Positions 1 through 17,883 are shown, counted from the stretch's first letter. The stretch is 64,000 nucleotides of DNA from Eledone cirrhosa (GCA_964016885.1 OZ024740.1:334924001-334988000); one strand, 5' to 3'. Numbers and translations: made by a program. Notes: generated by a model from the sequence alone, not told the origin.

Positions 1-233
1 TACAAAAAAGGATGAGAAACTTGATGAATTATTTCCTTTAAGACTGTGACAATATATGTTAAGAAATATGATTGTATACGCTGTGGGCGTAAGAAATAAC
101 TGAATATTTGAAAATATTTCCACTAGTAAGATTTTTGACATAGGAAATGTTTTCTCTCAAAGACAGTAAATGAGTAATATATTCAAATCTTTACTAAAAC
201 CCCTATAATATATTTTGAGCATACCTAAATTAA

Positions 234-395
234 TTGTTTCTATTTTTGGCACAACGCCAGCAATTACCCAGTACATTACTGGTACTTTATTTTATCGAAC
301 CCGTAAGGATGAAAAGTGGGATTTGAACTCAGATCATTAAGAGATGTAACTCAATTCTTCAAAGCATGGTGTCCGACTCTCTACCGATACAGCCA
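234..395 (-). mobile_element. tRNA-derived SINE, same family, with internal deletion
   Basis: ggcacaacgccagcaatt...ggtactttattttatcgaacccgtaaggatgaaa...gggatttgaactcag. Confidence 0.75.
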
Positions 396-453
396 AATGC
401 GTGTTGAACATATGATGTGTGAAATATTTTCAAGATGACTTGCATGTTGAGAT

Positions 454-500
<47 letters not shown>

Positions 501-525
501 TCGAAATATGTATAGTAAATAAAGG

Positions 526-586
<61 letters not shown>

Positions 587-2573
587 CGAAACATAAGTCA
601 ATTGCATGAACTCAAAATCCTTTATTTACTATACATATTTCGATGATAGCCATGCTATGAAATCATCAGGCAGTTAGTCAGTTCTTAGATATGCCAGCTC
701 TGTGTTTATAGTGTTGATAGTATCAGAGCCTTGGGACATATGAGCTTGTTAGGGATAATTTTATGTTGTCAGCAGGAATAGTCTTAATTCTCATTTGTCA
801 GTTTGTAGTTGCTAGTAGGGTTGGTATTTGACCTCAAAGAGGCAGGTGGTGTTGTAAAGTTCAAACCGTCAGTCAAGATGACAATAGTTCCATATATATA
901 TATATATATAGATATATATATATATATATATAGCGGGTTGTGTATGTATATTTGTGTGTGTAAATGCATGTATCATATAGTAATGGGTGTCATTAAATAT
1001 TTCATGAATGCACGCATTTCTTCATGTATTTTGGAACATACTATAAGGTGTAAGGTCAGTTCTAGATCTATATCAGGAGGTCCACCTAAGTAGTTATGGT
1101 AGTTAACGTGTATATATATAATAAAATAAATAAATGATTCTCATTTTCGAAAGCAAACTAAAACATAATGAAACAAATAATTATGTAAAAAGCAAAGCAA
1201 ACCAACTTAACTAGTAAATGCTTATACAATACAGATGATATGAATGATATTCGAATGAAATTTACTAAATAATTAAGTCGTTCCTCGTAATATTACAACA
1301 TTTTTAGCAATAGTACTCTTCAATAATATTTCGAAAACCCCAAATATTTTACATTGATAATTGCAGTCATCATGCATGCACGACTATGCCAGTAGAATTG
1401 TTCAAATATTAGTAGGAAATCACCCACGAGTTTGTAAATGTTTCGCAGCCTGTTCAGAATATTGATGGTTGTATATTTATCCTGTGTTGTTAATGCATAT
1501 TCAACCATACCACTAATATATGCAATTTATAACAATGGCTCTGGATAAATCATATATTTTTTATGATTGTGTTTAGAAATTATTTCGTTCCGTGCATTGC
1601 TTACGGTAGTTTACTATCGTTAATAGTGCTTTCCATGGATGGTAATACACGAGCTGATTTTAAGTCTATAAATGTTTTTTCCTGATTTATAATGAGAAGA
1701 CATTCTTCCAGTTCATGTCTTAATTCAATTGTTTTTGACATGTTATTTTCCCTTGCAATCAATCTCCCCAGATAGCATAACTACCAAACTAAAATTAGAT
1801 AAGTCCTGGGTCAAAAGGTGCTACTCGTTGTTTGGTGTACATCTAACACACTGTGTACATTGATATTTACCTTATGGATATACGAGCCATGTAGGGAACC
1901 GTTTTCCTACATCGATATACGAGCAGTTTATTTTTTGTTAATTGTGTAGTATTTGTACGGGTTATGAACACGAACATGAGCTCCTGTTGTCCCGCCAGTG
2001 AATGTTGAATGCAGAGAAATTGTTCTTGAGGCAGATTTTCAAGTTCTATTAACAGTCAGTGTTGTTTTTATTTTGTTTCTGTTCGGAATGTTTTTGGTTT
2101 TTGCTCTAAGAGTCGGTATAAAGGAATGTTATCTTATATTATTATGGAATATGCTATCACTAATATCGGTAACAAATAAATGATATGTATATAAACATCT
2201 AATTCAGCGTAGGACAATTTGTTTATATTGGCGGCCATATGGAGAAGCATTTATGTGATTTGCTTTCCATACGATTTACTCATCAAAATTTTAACCTCAC
2301 CGAATCTTTGATGTATCAAAGAGAATATGAAGCATTACATTGAGCATGCCACCAACAAATGTTATCGAGAGAATAATTGAACGAACGAGATAGTAAGAAA
2401 CGAAATTCTTCGAAATAATGGGGTATAAAATTTAAATGGAAAGATTATAGAAAAAAGTTAAATTAATATGCAAGCTGTACAAAAATATGTAATGTGCTGC
2501 TATTACCTATGGTTGCTCTAAATCATCTCTCAACTGTATTTCTTTAAGATAAATGTAAAGGCAAACATATGTA

Positions 2574-2741
<168 letters not shown>

Positions 2742-2869
2742 TACATATGGCTCTGGATAAATCATATATTTTTTATGATTGTGTTTAGAAATTATTTCGT
2801 TCCGTGCATTGCTTACGGTAGTTTTCTATCGTTAATAGTGCTTTCTTCCTGTTTGACCTGTGAGTAATT

Positions 2870-3310
2870 CTTTTCTCTCACATTCTCGGCCAAGCTGGTC
2901 GGAATTTTTTCTCTCTCGTCTACGATTTCACAGAACTTATGTTTACCGAATTCGCAGACCAGACCCCTTCTTCCTCCCGTTAGACCTGTGCGGAATTCCT
3001 TCCTTGCTCACATTTCAACCAGGTTTGATGGTCTTTATTCTCTCGTTCACGATTTGACCGAACTTAAATTCATAGAAATCTGGGACTTGTCTCCTTCTTC
3101 CTCACTTTCTGTTGCTTCACCATTTTGTTTGTTTACCCTCGTGTCCCCTTTATTTACGTGTCCCAACGACTTTTTTTAGCCGTTTCTCGCACCAACCGGA
3201 GGTATATGGTCTTTAAAGCGATGAAATATGCCTATGATAGTTGGAAGATCACTGATGAAGGACAAACTTTTTTCATATGTAACCCATTTGCAACTCCGCA
3301 GCGCCCTTAT
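2870..3310 (+). mobile_element. Possible degenerate Penelope-like 3' end
   Basis: Frame-broken remnants ILGQAGR and ELKFIE (GIY-YIG C-terminal-like), then a CTGATGA at 3252 and (TA)n. Confidence 0.4.
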
Positions 3311-3311
3311 T

Positions 3312-3380
<69 letters not shown>

Positions 3381-3626
3381 ATGTGTGTATGTGTGTCTAT
3401 CTGTGTGTATGTATGTGTTCGTGTGCGTGTGTGTGTTTGTGTGTGAGTGTCTGAGTGTATCAAAGGTAGAACTTTATTACCAATTCTCAAAGAAAAGTAG
3501 AGAATTAAAAAGATAGCTTGAAATTCCTCGTTTTTGAGAAAAAGGAGTAGCTCAATATATGATATATAAATGTGACACATTTCACCAGAAACTATCTTTT
3601 TACTCTCAGAGCAGAGTCAATTATGA

Positions 3627-3712
<86 letters not shown>

Positions 3713-4326
3713 TTACATATTTCCTATTAGAAACGAATTTTACGAACACCTCGGATAATTGGAGGTCATATTACATTCGAAACGATTATAAAAGAATAAA
3801 TATGGTTTATGTATTAATTTTTCTATTAATACATCTTTCTATAATGCATGTATGCATCCATGTATGTATGAATATATATACGTATGTATGTGTGAATATA
3901 TGTGTGTGTGTATGTGCATAAGGGCGCATGAGCTGCTGTAACATGGATATTTGCACGGTTCATTCATGTTAATGTTGTGTATGTCATTTATACTGATATT
4001 ACATAAGCCTCATGCATGATATGTAAGAATACATGCATACGTACATACACACAAGCCTACAAATGTACAGAAACTCGTATATGATTATGGGATATGTATT
4101 GTATATACCTGCTTTATGCAAGGACAATTTTATTTTCTCACGATATTTGTACATTAAAGTCCGAAATATTGTTGTGAGTGAACCCTTAGGCGTGAAACTG
4201 ATGGACAAATGTATTCTATTTTCAGTTCTATTCGAAGCGTACGATCGATATACTCCATCATTTCTCGTACTGATTGAATTCACCAATAATTCAATAGGCT
4301 GTAGGATAGAAATTATTGTTCGCTAA

Positions 4327-4414
<88 letters not shown>

Positions 4415-7103
4415 ACACCACACACACACACACACCACACCACACACACACACAGAAATACGCATCTCCACACACCTCGGTATCTGAATTACCTGAGTTA
4501 CCCATTGATTCAAGAGCAGATAAAGCAACGTCGAAAAATAAACATTGAATTAGCAATAACAATATATTGTAACCTTTTATTAACATGGTACCACATCTAC
4601 TGCAAGCATAGTATCAACCGAAATAGCTACGGCAAAGAGAGCTCACGTACTTTGACGGAAGCGACAGTAATCTAAGAAATAACAACTGTATTGTCACAAG
4701 GAACGAAAAGGGATTTCAAAAACGACAATTTCCATAAACATGGAAATATTGCAACGCAAATATGAATATGCCCACTTCGAAAATAAAATTTCAAAGAACA
4801 GGAACTGTTCCAGAATTGATTTTCGTTTCAATGAAAATAAAGACTTAAACTATGCCAACGACAGAAAATTATCAAAGTCATCAGCTTGACTATATATATA
4901 TGTTGTTGAAGAAAGCAACCAGTAATATTTTAGAACAAATTTCGAAATAACTCGTATATTTCTATGGTAGCTACATGAAGATATCATACAAATTAATGAT
5001 TCATAATTCTATCTTGATTCTGGCATTAGGAGTAATTTCCTTCTTTTAGATAATTCTGTGTGCGTGTTTGTAATGGTAGATAGTGATTCACTAATTTATA
5101 GACAAATATGGCTTCCTTTCTGACAATATCCCTGCTATAACGCCTGCCACTACGGGAGAATTGCTATTGATATAACACACCTTATCTTTTAACTACTTTA
5201 ATGTCAGAATGTGTATGTAATTAAATATATTATGTTTAATTCATAAGATTACCTTCAAATGAGAAATTGCGTTGTCATAATTGGTCGCCAGTTCATTTAA
5301 CTAATTATGCACTATTTCCTATGTATCCATTCCATTTAAATATTTCGTAACATTTTTAATTTCATTTTATATTCATACCACTCTCTCGATGGAATATCAC
5401 ATTTCTGAATATAAGAGATCGCCTAAAACACGTAGGTTTGTGTATTGAAGCAATACCCGCTTGATTCGATACAGACAAAACTAAATCTTGAAAGATGTAC
5501 ATTTCTATATATAATCAAGCAATAACCTTATTAATTGGGGAGTACTTAGTAATATACATTATTACTTTACTCACTACTTTTGTTACATTTGTTTAACTGT
5601 ATTACATTTGATAACTTTGCAACCATGGTCAACTGGACAACAAAATATAGTCTAACTTTAAAAACACATTTTTGAAATCATATTATAAGTTATTTTGTTT
5701 CAAAAAGACTAGACACACTGGCTTCCTATACAGCATTTCGTTCATTGATGTCTACACTTTGCTGAGGATTAGGGGGATTTGACAGGAATATATCATTAAT
5801 ATTCTTTCATATTATGTGTTTACACCTATACTTCCATAAGCTTTGCTAATTTTATCTGCAGTTCTAACTTTTCTACGGATTGCATTATAATGAATACATG
5901 TATGTGAATCTGGAAATGAAGGAAAATTTAGACATTCACAGGAAACCGTTCCCTGTTAATATTATTTATTTAATTACCAACCACAAAATTTATTCTGTTT
6001 CATAATCATTTCAGTCATGTGGTCATCCATGAAAATTATTACATTTCTTATTAACTGATATATCTCTTGCAAGCAATAATAAATACATTTTGTTTGTTGG
6101 AATATATTACTCTTGTTTTACGTCAATTTAGCCTCGTTTAAAGTAATTTAACTATTTTCGTAATAGTGACTTTGAATGCATGCTATTCTTTCTCCCATAT
6201 CATTATTTCAGATCATTGTGGTCTATAATTTACTGGGGTTTAAATAGGAATATTCCTCTACTCGTCCTTTATATTATGTGTCTGTATACCGTCTAAATCA
6301 CAGTAACGTTTGATATATTTATCTTCAGTACTCTCCTTTCTAAGGTTTGTAATATACTGCAATATACATGGTAGGGTATATGTAAGAGAAATAAATTTGT
6401 TTGCAGTCTGCGAAGTGGTTTTCGTAACAAAACATTAAATTTCATAAAAGCTTATGAGACTAAATCTAACTTTTATGTCTGGTCTAAATTTCGACGAATA
6501 ATATATAAATAAGAGAATTGATTGGTATAAAGAAACAGAGTATTATAGAAATATATTAATTAAAATTGAAGTTAAATAACATCTTTATATTTGAGCGGAG
6601 ACATGATTGAAATATTGAATTTACATTCAAATAATGTAAACATAGATTATATATATATTCTCTTCATTAGTATTCTTCCACTAATTAAAATATCTCTAAT
6701 TAGAATATTACTAATTAAGTTATCCTAATATTTCTTTGAAATATGAAGTGAGCAGCATTTGAATGTAATGTGACATTAAAAATAGACTCGACAATTACAT
6801 CAAATTAAACGTCCTACATTGAAAAGGTTTTATATTAATTCTAGATGATACAGGGAATTTACTCGCTGGTTGAACCAGTACAAGAATAATATAATGAATT
6901 AATAAAATAGTAAACCTATATGATATACGAACATGGGGGGATATTTATAATAGAATATTTGTGAAGAAAACGTATAATGAAAAATGCTTCATGTCTTTGT
7001 TCAAAGGGGAAGAAACTGATATTGTGTATGGGCTAAGTTGTGATTTAACATGAAGATATTTGAAAGCGAAATATATTTGAAATTATAAAGGAACCCTTTA
7101 AAA

Positions 7104-7202
<99 letters not shown>

Positions 7203-7608
7203 TACACACACACACATATATATATATATATGTATATATGTGTGTGAGTGTGTGTGTGTGTGTGTGTGTGAGTGTGTGTGTGTAGAATATGATTCTTAAA
7301 TGTCATGTGAAATTCCATATAGATGATGATAATGTTCGTTATAAGTAATAGCTATTTTAATAAACGGATAAGTAATTAGCTAAAGGCATACGAAATATTA
7401 TATTGCCATCTCTGAGTCAGTTGTATGTCTAAATCCATCCATTTTATAATTCCCAAACAATCAAAAAAGGATATGTTTCAAGAAGAAATACTTAACATTA
7501 TAGATACCTGATTCAAAACTCCACGGATAAGTAAGTATTAATTATTGCACTCGTAAACACATATTATTAAAACAAATAACTGCGCATTTATCCATACATA
7601 TGACATCC

Positions 7609-7639
<31 letters not shown>

Positions 7640-7720
7640 TATATGTGCATATATATGTGTCACATATAGTACCCACAGCTGCATGCCATCCCATTAGCAT
7701 ACAAAGACACGCGCACACCC

Positions 7721-7759
<39 letters not shown>

Positions 7760-7782
7760 CGTAGTGTGTATGGTATGTTGTA

Positions 7783-7822
<40 letters not shown>

Positions 7823-8255
7823 CATATTATACGTGTTCAATTTTTGAAGTTACTAACACTCCAGCAGCTTCTCTACAAAATTCGGTAAAGAAAGTAAAAC
7901 TTGTCATTCTTAAGCGTTTTCAACTCCAAACATTAGATATACTTTACAACTGATTTGTATGTTTAAAACATTACACGACAATTAGATATGTGTGTGCATA
8001 TATATAAATATGTATACATATATATATGTATATTACATGTATATGAATGGATGAATATGTGTATGGATGTGTGTATACGCAGTTTTCCATTCAGAATTTT
8101 ACCTTAAAAGCCCAAGTAGTCTTATTTCCATGTTTCTAGCATGTAGACTTTTAATTAATAATTCTTATGAATTAATATATATTAATACTGTATAAACAGA
8201 TATGTATATGCATACACACGCACACACACACAAACACATATATATATATATATTT

Positions 8256-8324
<69 letters not shown>

Positions 8325-8900
8325 GATCGTAGAATTGTGTACGAAATATATCAGTTTTTTCATGTAGTTATATTTGTATTGATGTAATGTTAGGTTGATT
8401 TGTGACACGTGTAACACAAATCCTTTAGTAAGTACATATGTTCAGGAAAATATCCATGATCTGTTTTGCTTATGTAAAATATGAGTTGTGGTTTAATATA
8501 AAATAGATATAATACCATTTATTTAGAATAACATGTAACTTATAATTTTAAATAAATTCCAGTGACGATATTTAATAGCGTGCAGGATCAAAATTACAGA
8601 TAACAATATATTATCTTCACAGACGTTCGTAAAATATTTTTTCATAAGTGTGAACAAAAACGTTAAATCAACCAAAACCAGAAAAAGTGTCACCGATTAT
8701 TGATTGTTTGTTTTCAAATGACCCTGGGTCATACATTCGCCAATGTAGATTCAGCATTTAGGCTTAGCAAAGAAAATATGTTCTTCAACTTATCACATCG
8801 CGGTATTATGTCTACGCTGGTTTAAGATGACGGATATCTTCACACACGCACACACACACACACACACACATACACACACACGCACAGTCACACACGTATA

Positions 8901-8944
<44 letters not shown>

Positions 8945-11128
8945 TGTGTGTGCGTGCCCGTGTGTGCTGTGTGTTTGTGAATGAGTGTGTGTGATTTTGA
9001 GTCATATTTTAGGTTCAAAATTAGAAAACAACCCAGATTATTTGACTGTTGTTACAGCGTAGAGTTCCTTTTCAATATACAGAGCCATGCAAATTTACAT
9101 TGATTGATGACATACATAATCCTTTGCTTTGTTCGTGTTAAGAACAACAGCATTTAACCATTAATAATTTGAGCAATAGCTAGCGAATGGTGTAGCACTT
9201 GATTTGATTATTTTTTAGAAACATAATCTATATTGTCTTCCTGGTATAAAGACAATTGGCGCTACGCCAGCTATTTTGTTTTTAGTTCAGTGGTTTGAAG
9301 TACTCCTATGTGAATAAAATAAAAATGTATAGAGAGATTTTGTCACCTCATCTTCAGCCATTATTTGCGATTTCTCTTACAATACACAGTACATATGGGT
9401 GATCTCTATACATACACATATATATACACACACATCCATATAAATATATATATATATATATATATATTATAAATATATATATAAATATGTGCGTGTGTAT
9501 GTGTATGTGTTTGTTTGTTTGGCTGTGTCTGTGTTTGTATGGGGGTGCATGCGTATGCATTGTTTTGCATACTGTAAATAATGGGTAGATTTGCAGCATC
9601 ACACAATAAGTAAGTGATTCTTTGCCTTATACTGCTACCTGTCCTTCACAGTGGAAAGCGTAATGTTGATTATCATATCGTCAACAAAACACAGTTTCTC
9701 AGTACATCAGATAAACAAATATGCTTGTCGATATGAATACCGCTATAGGATTATATATTCGTCCATTTATATTTGTTTTATTATCTAAATTAAACAGCCC
9801 AAATTTTTAATTCTCTAGGATTTCATCTATAGTTTCTCCAATAAAACCAATTGGAAATGTGCATACTTTCGAACTTGGATTAATATTTCCATTCCAAAAT
9901 ATTTCGTCTAACATGTAAACGTTTGTTAGTTTTCTCAAATAAATCAAATTTGGAATTCTCTTTAAATTTAGTTATGAGAAACTGATTGATAAACATTGAT
10001 TGAACTTCAAATCATAACAAAAACTTTTTTTATACAATGAATTATTTTAAAACCTTATTTTCATTACCACAATTGTTTCTTCCTTGTATATTATTTTATC
10101 GAATATCAGAATTTGCTAATCTAATATATATATATATGTATATTATTAGTGATAATGCACAATGTTTGTATAAAATTGATAGTTTATGTAACATTTCTTT
10201 ACGAGTTATTATTCTGCATAATAATTTATGAAAATGTTTTCTCTGTTGTGCAAATTATTGGCATATTATAAATCTCACTCACCTAGTTATTACATATGTC
10301 TAATGACGTTAGGACAATCGGCTAGCGAAACTAATCTTATTGCAGTATTTATAACCAAGTTTATAAAATCAGTCATATAGTTTTATATATTTAGGACTTC
10401 AGCACTCCTAATGTGTCAACAGCTTTTCATTCAAATCTATATATAGCATTTTTGACACTGCATTTAGTCGATGGATGCAAACAATTTCGATAATACGAAA
10501 CGAAAGTATTACTAGGACAATATTAGGTAGCTTAGACTAGTCTGATAACTGATATACGCTTTTGATAAATGAAAATTGATAGCAAATGTGTTTTCAAATA
10601 TTACTTGTATAGTCGATTCTTTACCGTTAATCCGCCTTGTATTAAAACGAGGCATAATCTCAAGTTTGATTGAATGTCTTAGTATACTGACATAGCTTTC
10701 AACTTGCAATTAATTTCAGTAATGTGTGAAATTATCATTTTAAATGCAGATGAAATATATATAACATCATCATGCATCATTTTGAAAAATATTTCGCTAC
10801 AAACATAGAATTATATTTATTCTCATACGCTGTTAAAATTTATTGATATTTATTTAAAATGATTAATTTTGCTTGCCCTCAAACGCTTACCAAATGTTAC
10901 AATTAATATAAACATAATTAATAATAATGTTATGATATTCTGGTTGTTATTGTTAACATTACCATTCATGTTTAAAGGTTTATTGTTCTAGTTCTTCTTC
11001 TATGCGTGTGTGTGTTAATGTCCTTTTCAATAAATAACTCATTTTTTATTACTTTATATTATATTTCTAATTATGCAAACTTGCTACATTTTCAATTTTC
11101 ATTATTATTATTATTAATATTAAACTTG

Positions 11129-12331
<1,203 letters not shown>

Positions 12332-13109
12332 TAAACATAATGTTAACGCTGATTTTTTACCGACATTTACTATTTCTAATGTCATTAATTTCATAGCGAA
12401 TAATAATTGTTATAATTACTGTTGTAATATTAGTAATAGTAATATTTTTCTTACTATTGTCATTATCAACATCACACTTTTTCAATAGCTTAAATAATTT
12501 CATCAGCATCTATTGATTGCACTCAGTTCTAAGATATTTTATATCATTACATTTTATAGTATTTTTAATAAGATTTTTACAGTTATTATTGTACAATGTA
12601 CATTTCGTTCACTTTTGCTTTTGTTTTCAGTATTCAATGCGAATGTTCTGTATACATCTGATTCGTTCTCTTCTCTTCTATATTGCTGTATCTAAAATCG
12701 CTACTTCAACATAGGAATAAAGGAAAATTAGGTTATATCAATCAATGTATATCTTCTCGCTTATAATGCAGGATCATATTTAAGGTATATCAACGTAATC
12801 CTATCTTCTGCCTGGTATATACGATTAGATCTTGTGTTATCCCTCTTTTAAGGGAAACATTTCTCGTAGTCATTAAATCATTTTCTATTGTTGTTGCATT
12901 TCGTATATATGTATTAATATATTTTGATTAATATTATGCATTTATAAATATTTTGTTTTTGTTACTAATATCAACCTGTTATATGATGTGAAATTAATAT
13001 TGTTACTGTTTCTGTTACTTTTCACATTTGTAAGGTCCAAATTTTATTGCAATTACTATTATTATTAGTATTATTACAGTTGCATTTATCTTGCTTTATG
13101 TTCATATAA

Positions 13110-13473
13110 GTTATCACCAAGTCACAATCAGTGACCCCAGAGACAACAAGGTCCGCCATGTTCAAGAAAGAACATACATACTCACACATGCATCTTTAGG
13201 TGTTTAGACTTGTGATGAATTTATATTGACAAAATCTTCCTTAGTATATGGCAGGTCCCATTAGTACTATCTTTGTATTTCTCCTATACATGTGTTTCCT
13301 GGGATTTGAGATAAGTAATCATTAGACCCCTTAGGTATTATTCCTAGGGCGCCTAAACCCACTGGTATTGTTTTAGTTCTCAATTTCCATATTTTTCCAA
13401 TTTCTATCTCCAGGTCCTTATACTTGCTCAATTTTTCAAATGTTTTTATAGATACACATATAATTGCACGCAT
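13110..13473 (-). mobile_element. 3' fragment of an RLE-type (Dong/R4-like) LINE
   Basis: EKLSKYKDLEIEIGKIWKLRTKTIPVGLGALG matches the RLE C-terminus seen at 52.2-52.5 kb; TTA-rich flanks. Confidence 0.75.
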
Positions 13474-13527
13474 ATTTATTATTATTTATTATTTTTATTA
13501 TTATTATTATTTATTATTATTATTTAT

Positions 13528-13812
13528 GCCCGAGTGAATGGGCCTACTCTGGGTATGTGTCTGTAAATTAAAGGTTGAAAACTGGGAGAGGGCACTTGCC
13601 TTGGTGGTCAGGGCCACTGTGGCTTTTTAATGGGCTTTCTCCACGAATGTCCCTCGGAGATCTCCCCACTATTGGGGAATGTTTTCATTGTTCTATTATT
13701 ACATCCTCTGTTTTTTTTCTTTTTTTACACGCAATTTTGTACCGTCCAGTATTGTCCTGTACTGTCCTTAATGTCTACTTTATGTAAACCCTTGTGGTTA
13801 ATAAAGAAAACA
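13528..13812 (+). mobile_element. Probable LINE 3' end / 3' UTR fragment
   Basis: GC-richer island between TTA repeats, ending ...aacccttgtggttAATAAAgaaaa. Family not determined. Confidence 0.35.
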
Positions 13813-13841
13813 TTATTATTATTTATTACTATTATTATTAT

Positions 13842-13883
<42 letters not shown>

Positions 13884-13890
13884 CAGTAGC

Positions 13891-13954
<64 letters not shown>

Positions 13955-14398
13955 ATAGTAGTAAACATTGTCAATTGTGGAGCAAGGGATGTTTCCTCCA
14001 AAAGGACTAGGGTAACTCAATCACATGACTATGCTAACTCATATTCCCGTGTGGCTTGATGTAACTTTAATCTCACCCGATTTCATATAATTATGTTCCA
14101 TAAAATGTCGTGGTTACAGACGACACATGCAAGCATGTCTGCGTAAATACCTATTATAGAAATATGTTTAATAGAAGTATTATTATAATAACATATATCG
14201 CAATTAGTAAAGTTATTATTTCCTAGCTATCATAAAAAACAACTTGTATCATGTATATTATGATTACTATCATAATTGTACCAATGACCTCGCGAATATT
14301 ATTTTTAGAAATTTCCTTTGGTGATATTGGATGCAGTAGAACATTTAGAGAATAAGATGTGCTCCTGATTTTAAGCTTCACAAATCAGGAAACTCTTT

Positions 14399-14401
<3 letters not shown>

Positions 14402-14441
<40 letters not shown>

Positions 14442-14489
14442 AACATATGCAGAAATATATACACACACACACATATATATATATATACT

Positions 14490-14555
<66 letters not shown>

Positions 14556-14575
14556 TACACATATATATATATGTA

Positions 14576-14664
<89 letters not shown>

Positions 14665-14757
14665 ATGTATATATATATCTATGTATATATATATATATAC
14701 GTATATGTATCTATCTATGTATATATATGTATTTATATATATATACACACACACACG

Positions 14758-14824
<67 letters not shown>
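14402..14824. repeat. Compound (TA)n/(CA)n microsatellite, representative of dozens of such tracts in the window
   Basis: Directly visible; similar long tracts at ~2577, 19948, 24018, 28070, 34914, 41178, 43792 and 54874. Confidence 0.95.
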
Positions 14825-14826
<2 letters not shown>

Positions 14827-15360
14827 GTACATATGCGTGCAATTATATGTGCATCAAATCAGTATACAAATAACATAATTAAAATGAGATAATGAATGAA
14901 ACAAATGAGTAATTTTATCAGATATGTCAATAGAGGTTTCAACTATAGACTAGAAGTACTGAAACACTGTTCCGTTTAAACAATACAATAATAGAATTTT
15001 AAATTATAATTTAATTATATAACATTATCTAAAGAAGATAAATCACGATTCTACAAAAGAAAATTGAAAATAGTTGTATTTAGAAAAATGTTTCGTATTA
15101 ATATAAGAAAGTATGGCATTCCAATTGGTCTTAAGATTTACACGGGTGTGTGCATATATTTGTAGCTATTGGGCTGTTCAATAGGTGTTATGCTGAACTT
15201 TTGAAAACCTATTGAATAGGTTTATTAAATGCAGGCAAATTTACAATCACACACTCAAATAACACACATACAAACACACACACATACATAAGCATTTATG
15301 TATATATAATATTATAATATATCATGTTATATATTATATATACAAACCCTCACACGCACG

Positions 15361-15431
<71 letters not shown>

Positions 15432-16166
15432 TATATTCGAGAAAGTTGATAATGTATCTCTCATAGAGCATGGTGTGTTCACTGAATATATGGTTTGTGC
15501 ATTCATACAAATATATATAAACTTTATCATTGAATATAAGTATTTATATCTGTATGTAAGTACGTATATATGTATGTATGTATGTTTATATGTATGAATA
15601 TATACATGCATGTTTGTAAGAATGTATGTATCGCTGCATGTTTTGTATGTATGTATTTATGCATGTATACTGCTATACTTTACATATTTTTTGTTATTGT
15701 ATTTTCCTCTTCATTTCATTTCCTAAGTTTTGCTTCTTACATTTCCTGTTGTTTAAATATTAATTCTCAAAGATTGGTTTTACTGATGCCGTTGTACATA
15801 TTCACAAACATTCATTTCTCACCATCTTTTATATATATTTTCCTGCCAGTTGGTTTTGTTCGATTGACTCTGTAAAAAAAGTATTACCTATCTTTAAAAG
15901 AAGCGTCACATTAACCAGTGACAATTTGGACTGAGGCATCAAAACATTGCGCCACTCAGAATACTTCAAAATCTGCTAGAAATAAAAAATATACAAATGG
16001 TCTTCGAAGACATTAACAATGAAATTAAGGAGAAATATTATCGTGTTCACAGTAACATAAAATAATTAAAAATGTGTAACAAACAACAATTTTAGGAAAT
16101 TGAAAAAAAACAACTGAACAAACGAAAATCAAAAGAAAAATCACTTAAAGGACAAAATATAATAGA

Positions 16167-16167
<1 letters not shown>

Positions 16168-16225
<58 letters not shown>

Positions 16226-16289
16226 TAGAAACAACAACGAAAACAACAACAACAAAAACAACAATAATAATAATAATAATAATAATAAC

Positions 16290-16369
<80 letters not shown>
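16168..16369. repeat. (AAT)n/(AAC)n microsatellite
   Basis: Directly visible. Confidence 0.95.
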
Positions 16370-16370
<1 letters not shown>

Positions 16371-17883
16371 CTCACGAGTGTATTTCACTCGTGATAAAGA
16401 ATGAAATATATATTATATATTTTTGTCTAAAATAACAAAAAATTGTAATTTTTTTTTCCATAAAATCTATAAGTATATTTCATAAAAGCCTGATGGAATT
16501 ATGTTTTTAACGTAAACAGAAATGGCATTATTATCATTTATTTCAAGGTGGTGTTTGAAATAAATCATAAATATTGAAAACAATTATATATTTGAAATGC
16601 GTGTTAAATTCTATATATCCAGATAAGAGCTGTGTGTTGATTTCTTTTTACCGACAGCTTCATACAGAAACACAGTTTAACGGAACAATAATTGTAGTGT
16701 AGATATCCACACCCTAAATAATGTTCAGTTTTTCAATATGTTTCCGGTGCACCAATCTTATCTAATAATGAAAATCTCTCATGTCGAAAATGATGTATCA
16801 GCGCATTTGCGGGAAACAATTGAACTAGCTTCTGTTTGAATTAACGTGTGAAATAGTCAAGAATTCAATAGGCATGTGTGCCATTACTACACCCCACACA
16901 GAATGAGTGTCACATAGTTTTACAACTCTGCAATTTGAATCATATTTCAACCTATCCGAAAGACTTGCAAACCGTTTCTTTGTATCGTATTTCTCTTACG
17001 AGTTCTGAGAACTAACAAATTAACTTGCTACAGAATATTTTCTTTATTTTGTTTTTTTCCATAAAACAGGAAGTCATAATCTGAATAGAGGTGGAATGCC
17101 CGATTCGTGTGTGTATTGATATTGCAGTGTTTGTCAACAACCCTTTCGTTATTTCCAAATCCAGCCAAGAGAACCCATGACTATCAACCTTCAAGTGTCG
17201 ATTGAATAGAAGTATCATTGACAAAGGACGATTTAGTCGAGTAAATCTAACCGCGAATTCATAGCCATGTATGTGTATTAGATTTCGTTATTATATAGGG
17301 AAACATTACTAACATGTCTATACTGAAACGAATACAATATTTAGAAATGGGATTTCAATTCATATTTAATATGCTAATTTAATAAGCCTTTTTACTTGTG
17401 TCATTGCGCCCACTTTCATTTTTATTCTGCAAATCAATCTTTGTTATTTTCTTTCTTCATATGTCAGCATTTAAATAGGACTAAGTAGTAATCAACAATG
17501 TTTAGTAAGAAAAATGCAACATATCAATACGCAAATTCACTGATCTTGTCTTGTGTATCACTACAATGGTAATTATAAGAAAAAAAACGTATGTAATAAG
17601 GAAATATAAATTATTTATCTACATATATTACAATAATAATTGAAGATTTATCAGCCTTGCAAGCATTTCAATGATTTCAGTGATATATGAATTATAGTGT
17701 TAATAGAAATTTCTTTAAGAATTATGAAAAATCCTGTTACTTAATTTTTATTGAATATTATTGAATTACATTCCAAGGAAAACTATCTTCTAAATGTTTA
17801 TTTTTTGGTGTACGTACACACGGATGCATTTGGTTTGATTTTATTGTCTTTCACATAGAGAACTATATTGTATATTCTAATAA

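Noticed and set aside
14359-14892. Long ORFs of IY, HT, CV, poly-V, poly-I, poly-S or poly-E repeats throughout the ORF track
   Set aside because: They are translations of (TA)n, (CA)n, (GTA)n, (AAT)n and (GAA)n microsatellites with no coding signal.
17012-17250. Non-repetitive ORF or possible terminal exon of the receptor
   Set aside because: No convincing polypyrimidine acceptor and no recognisable homology.
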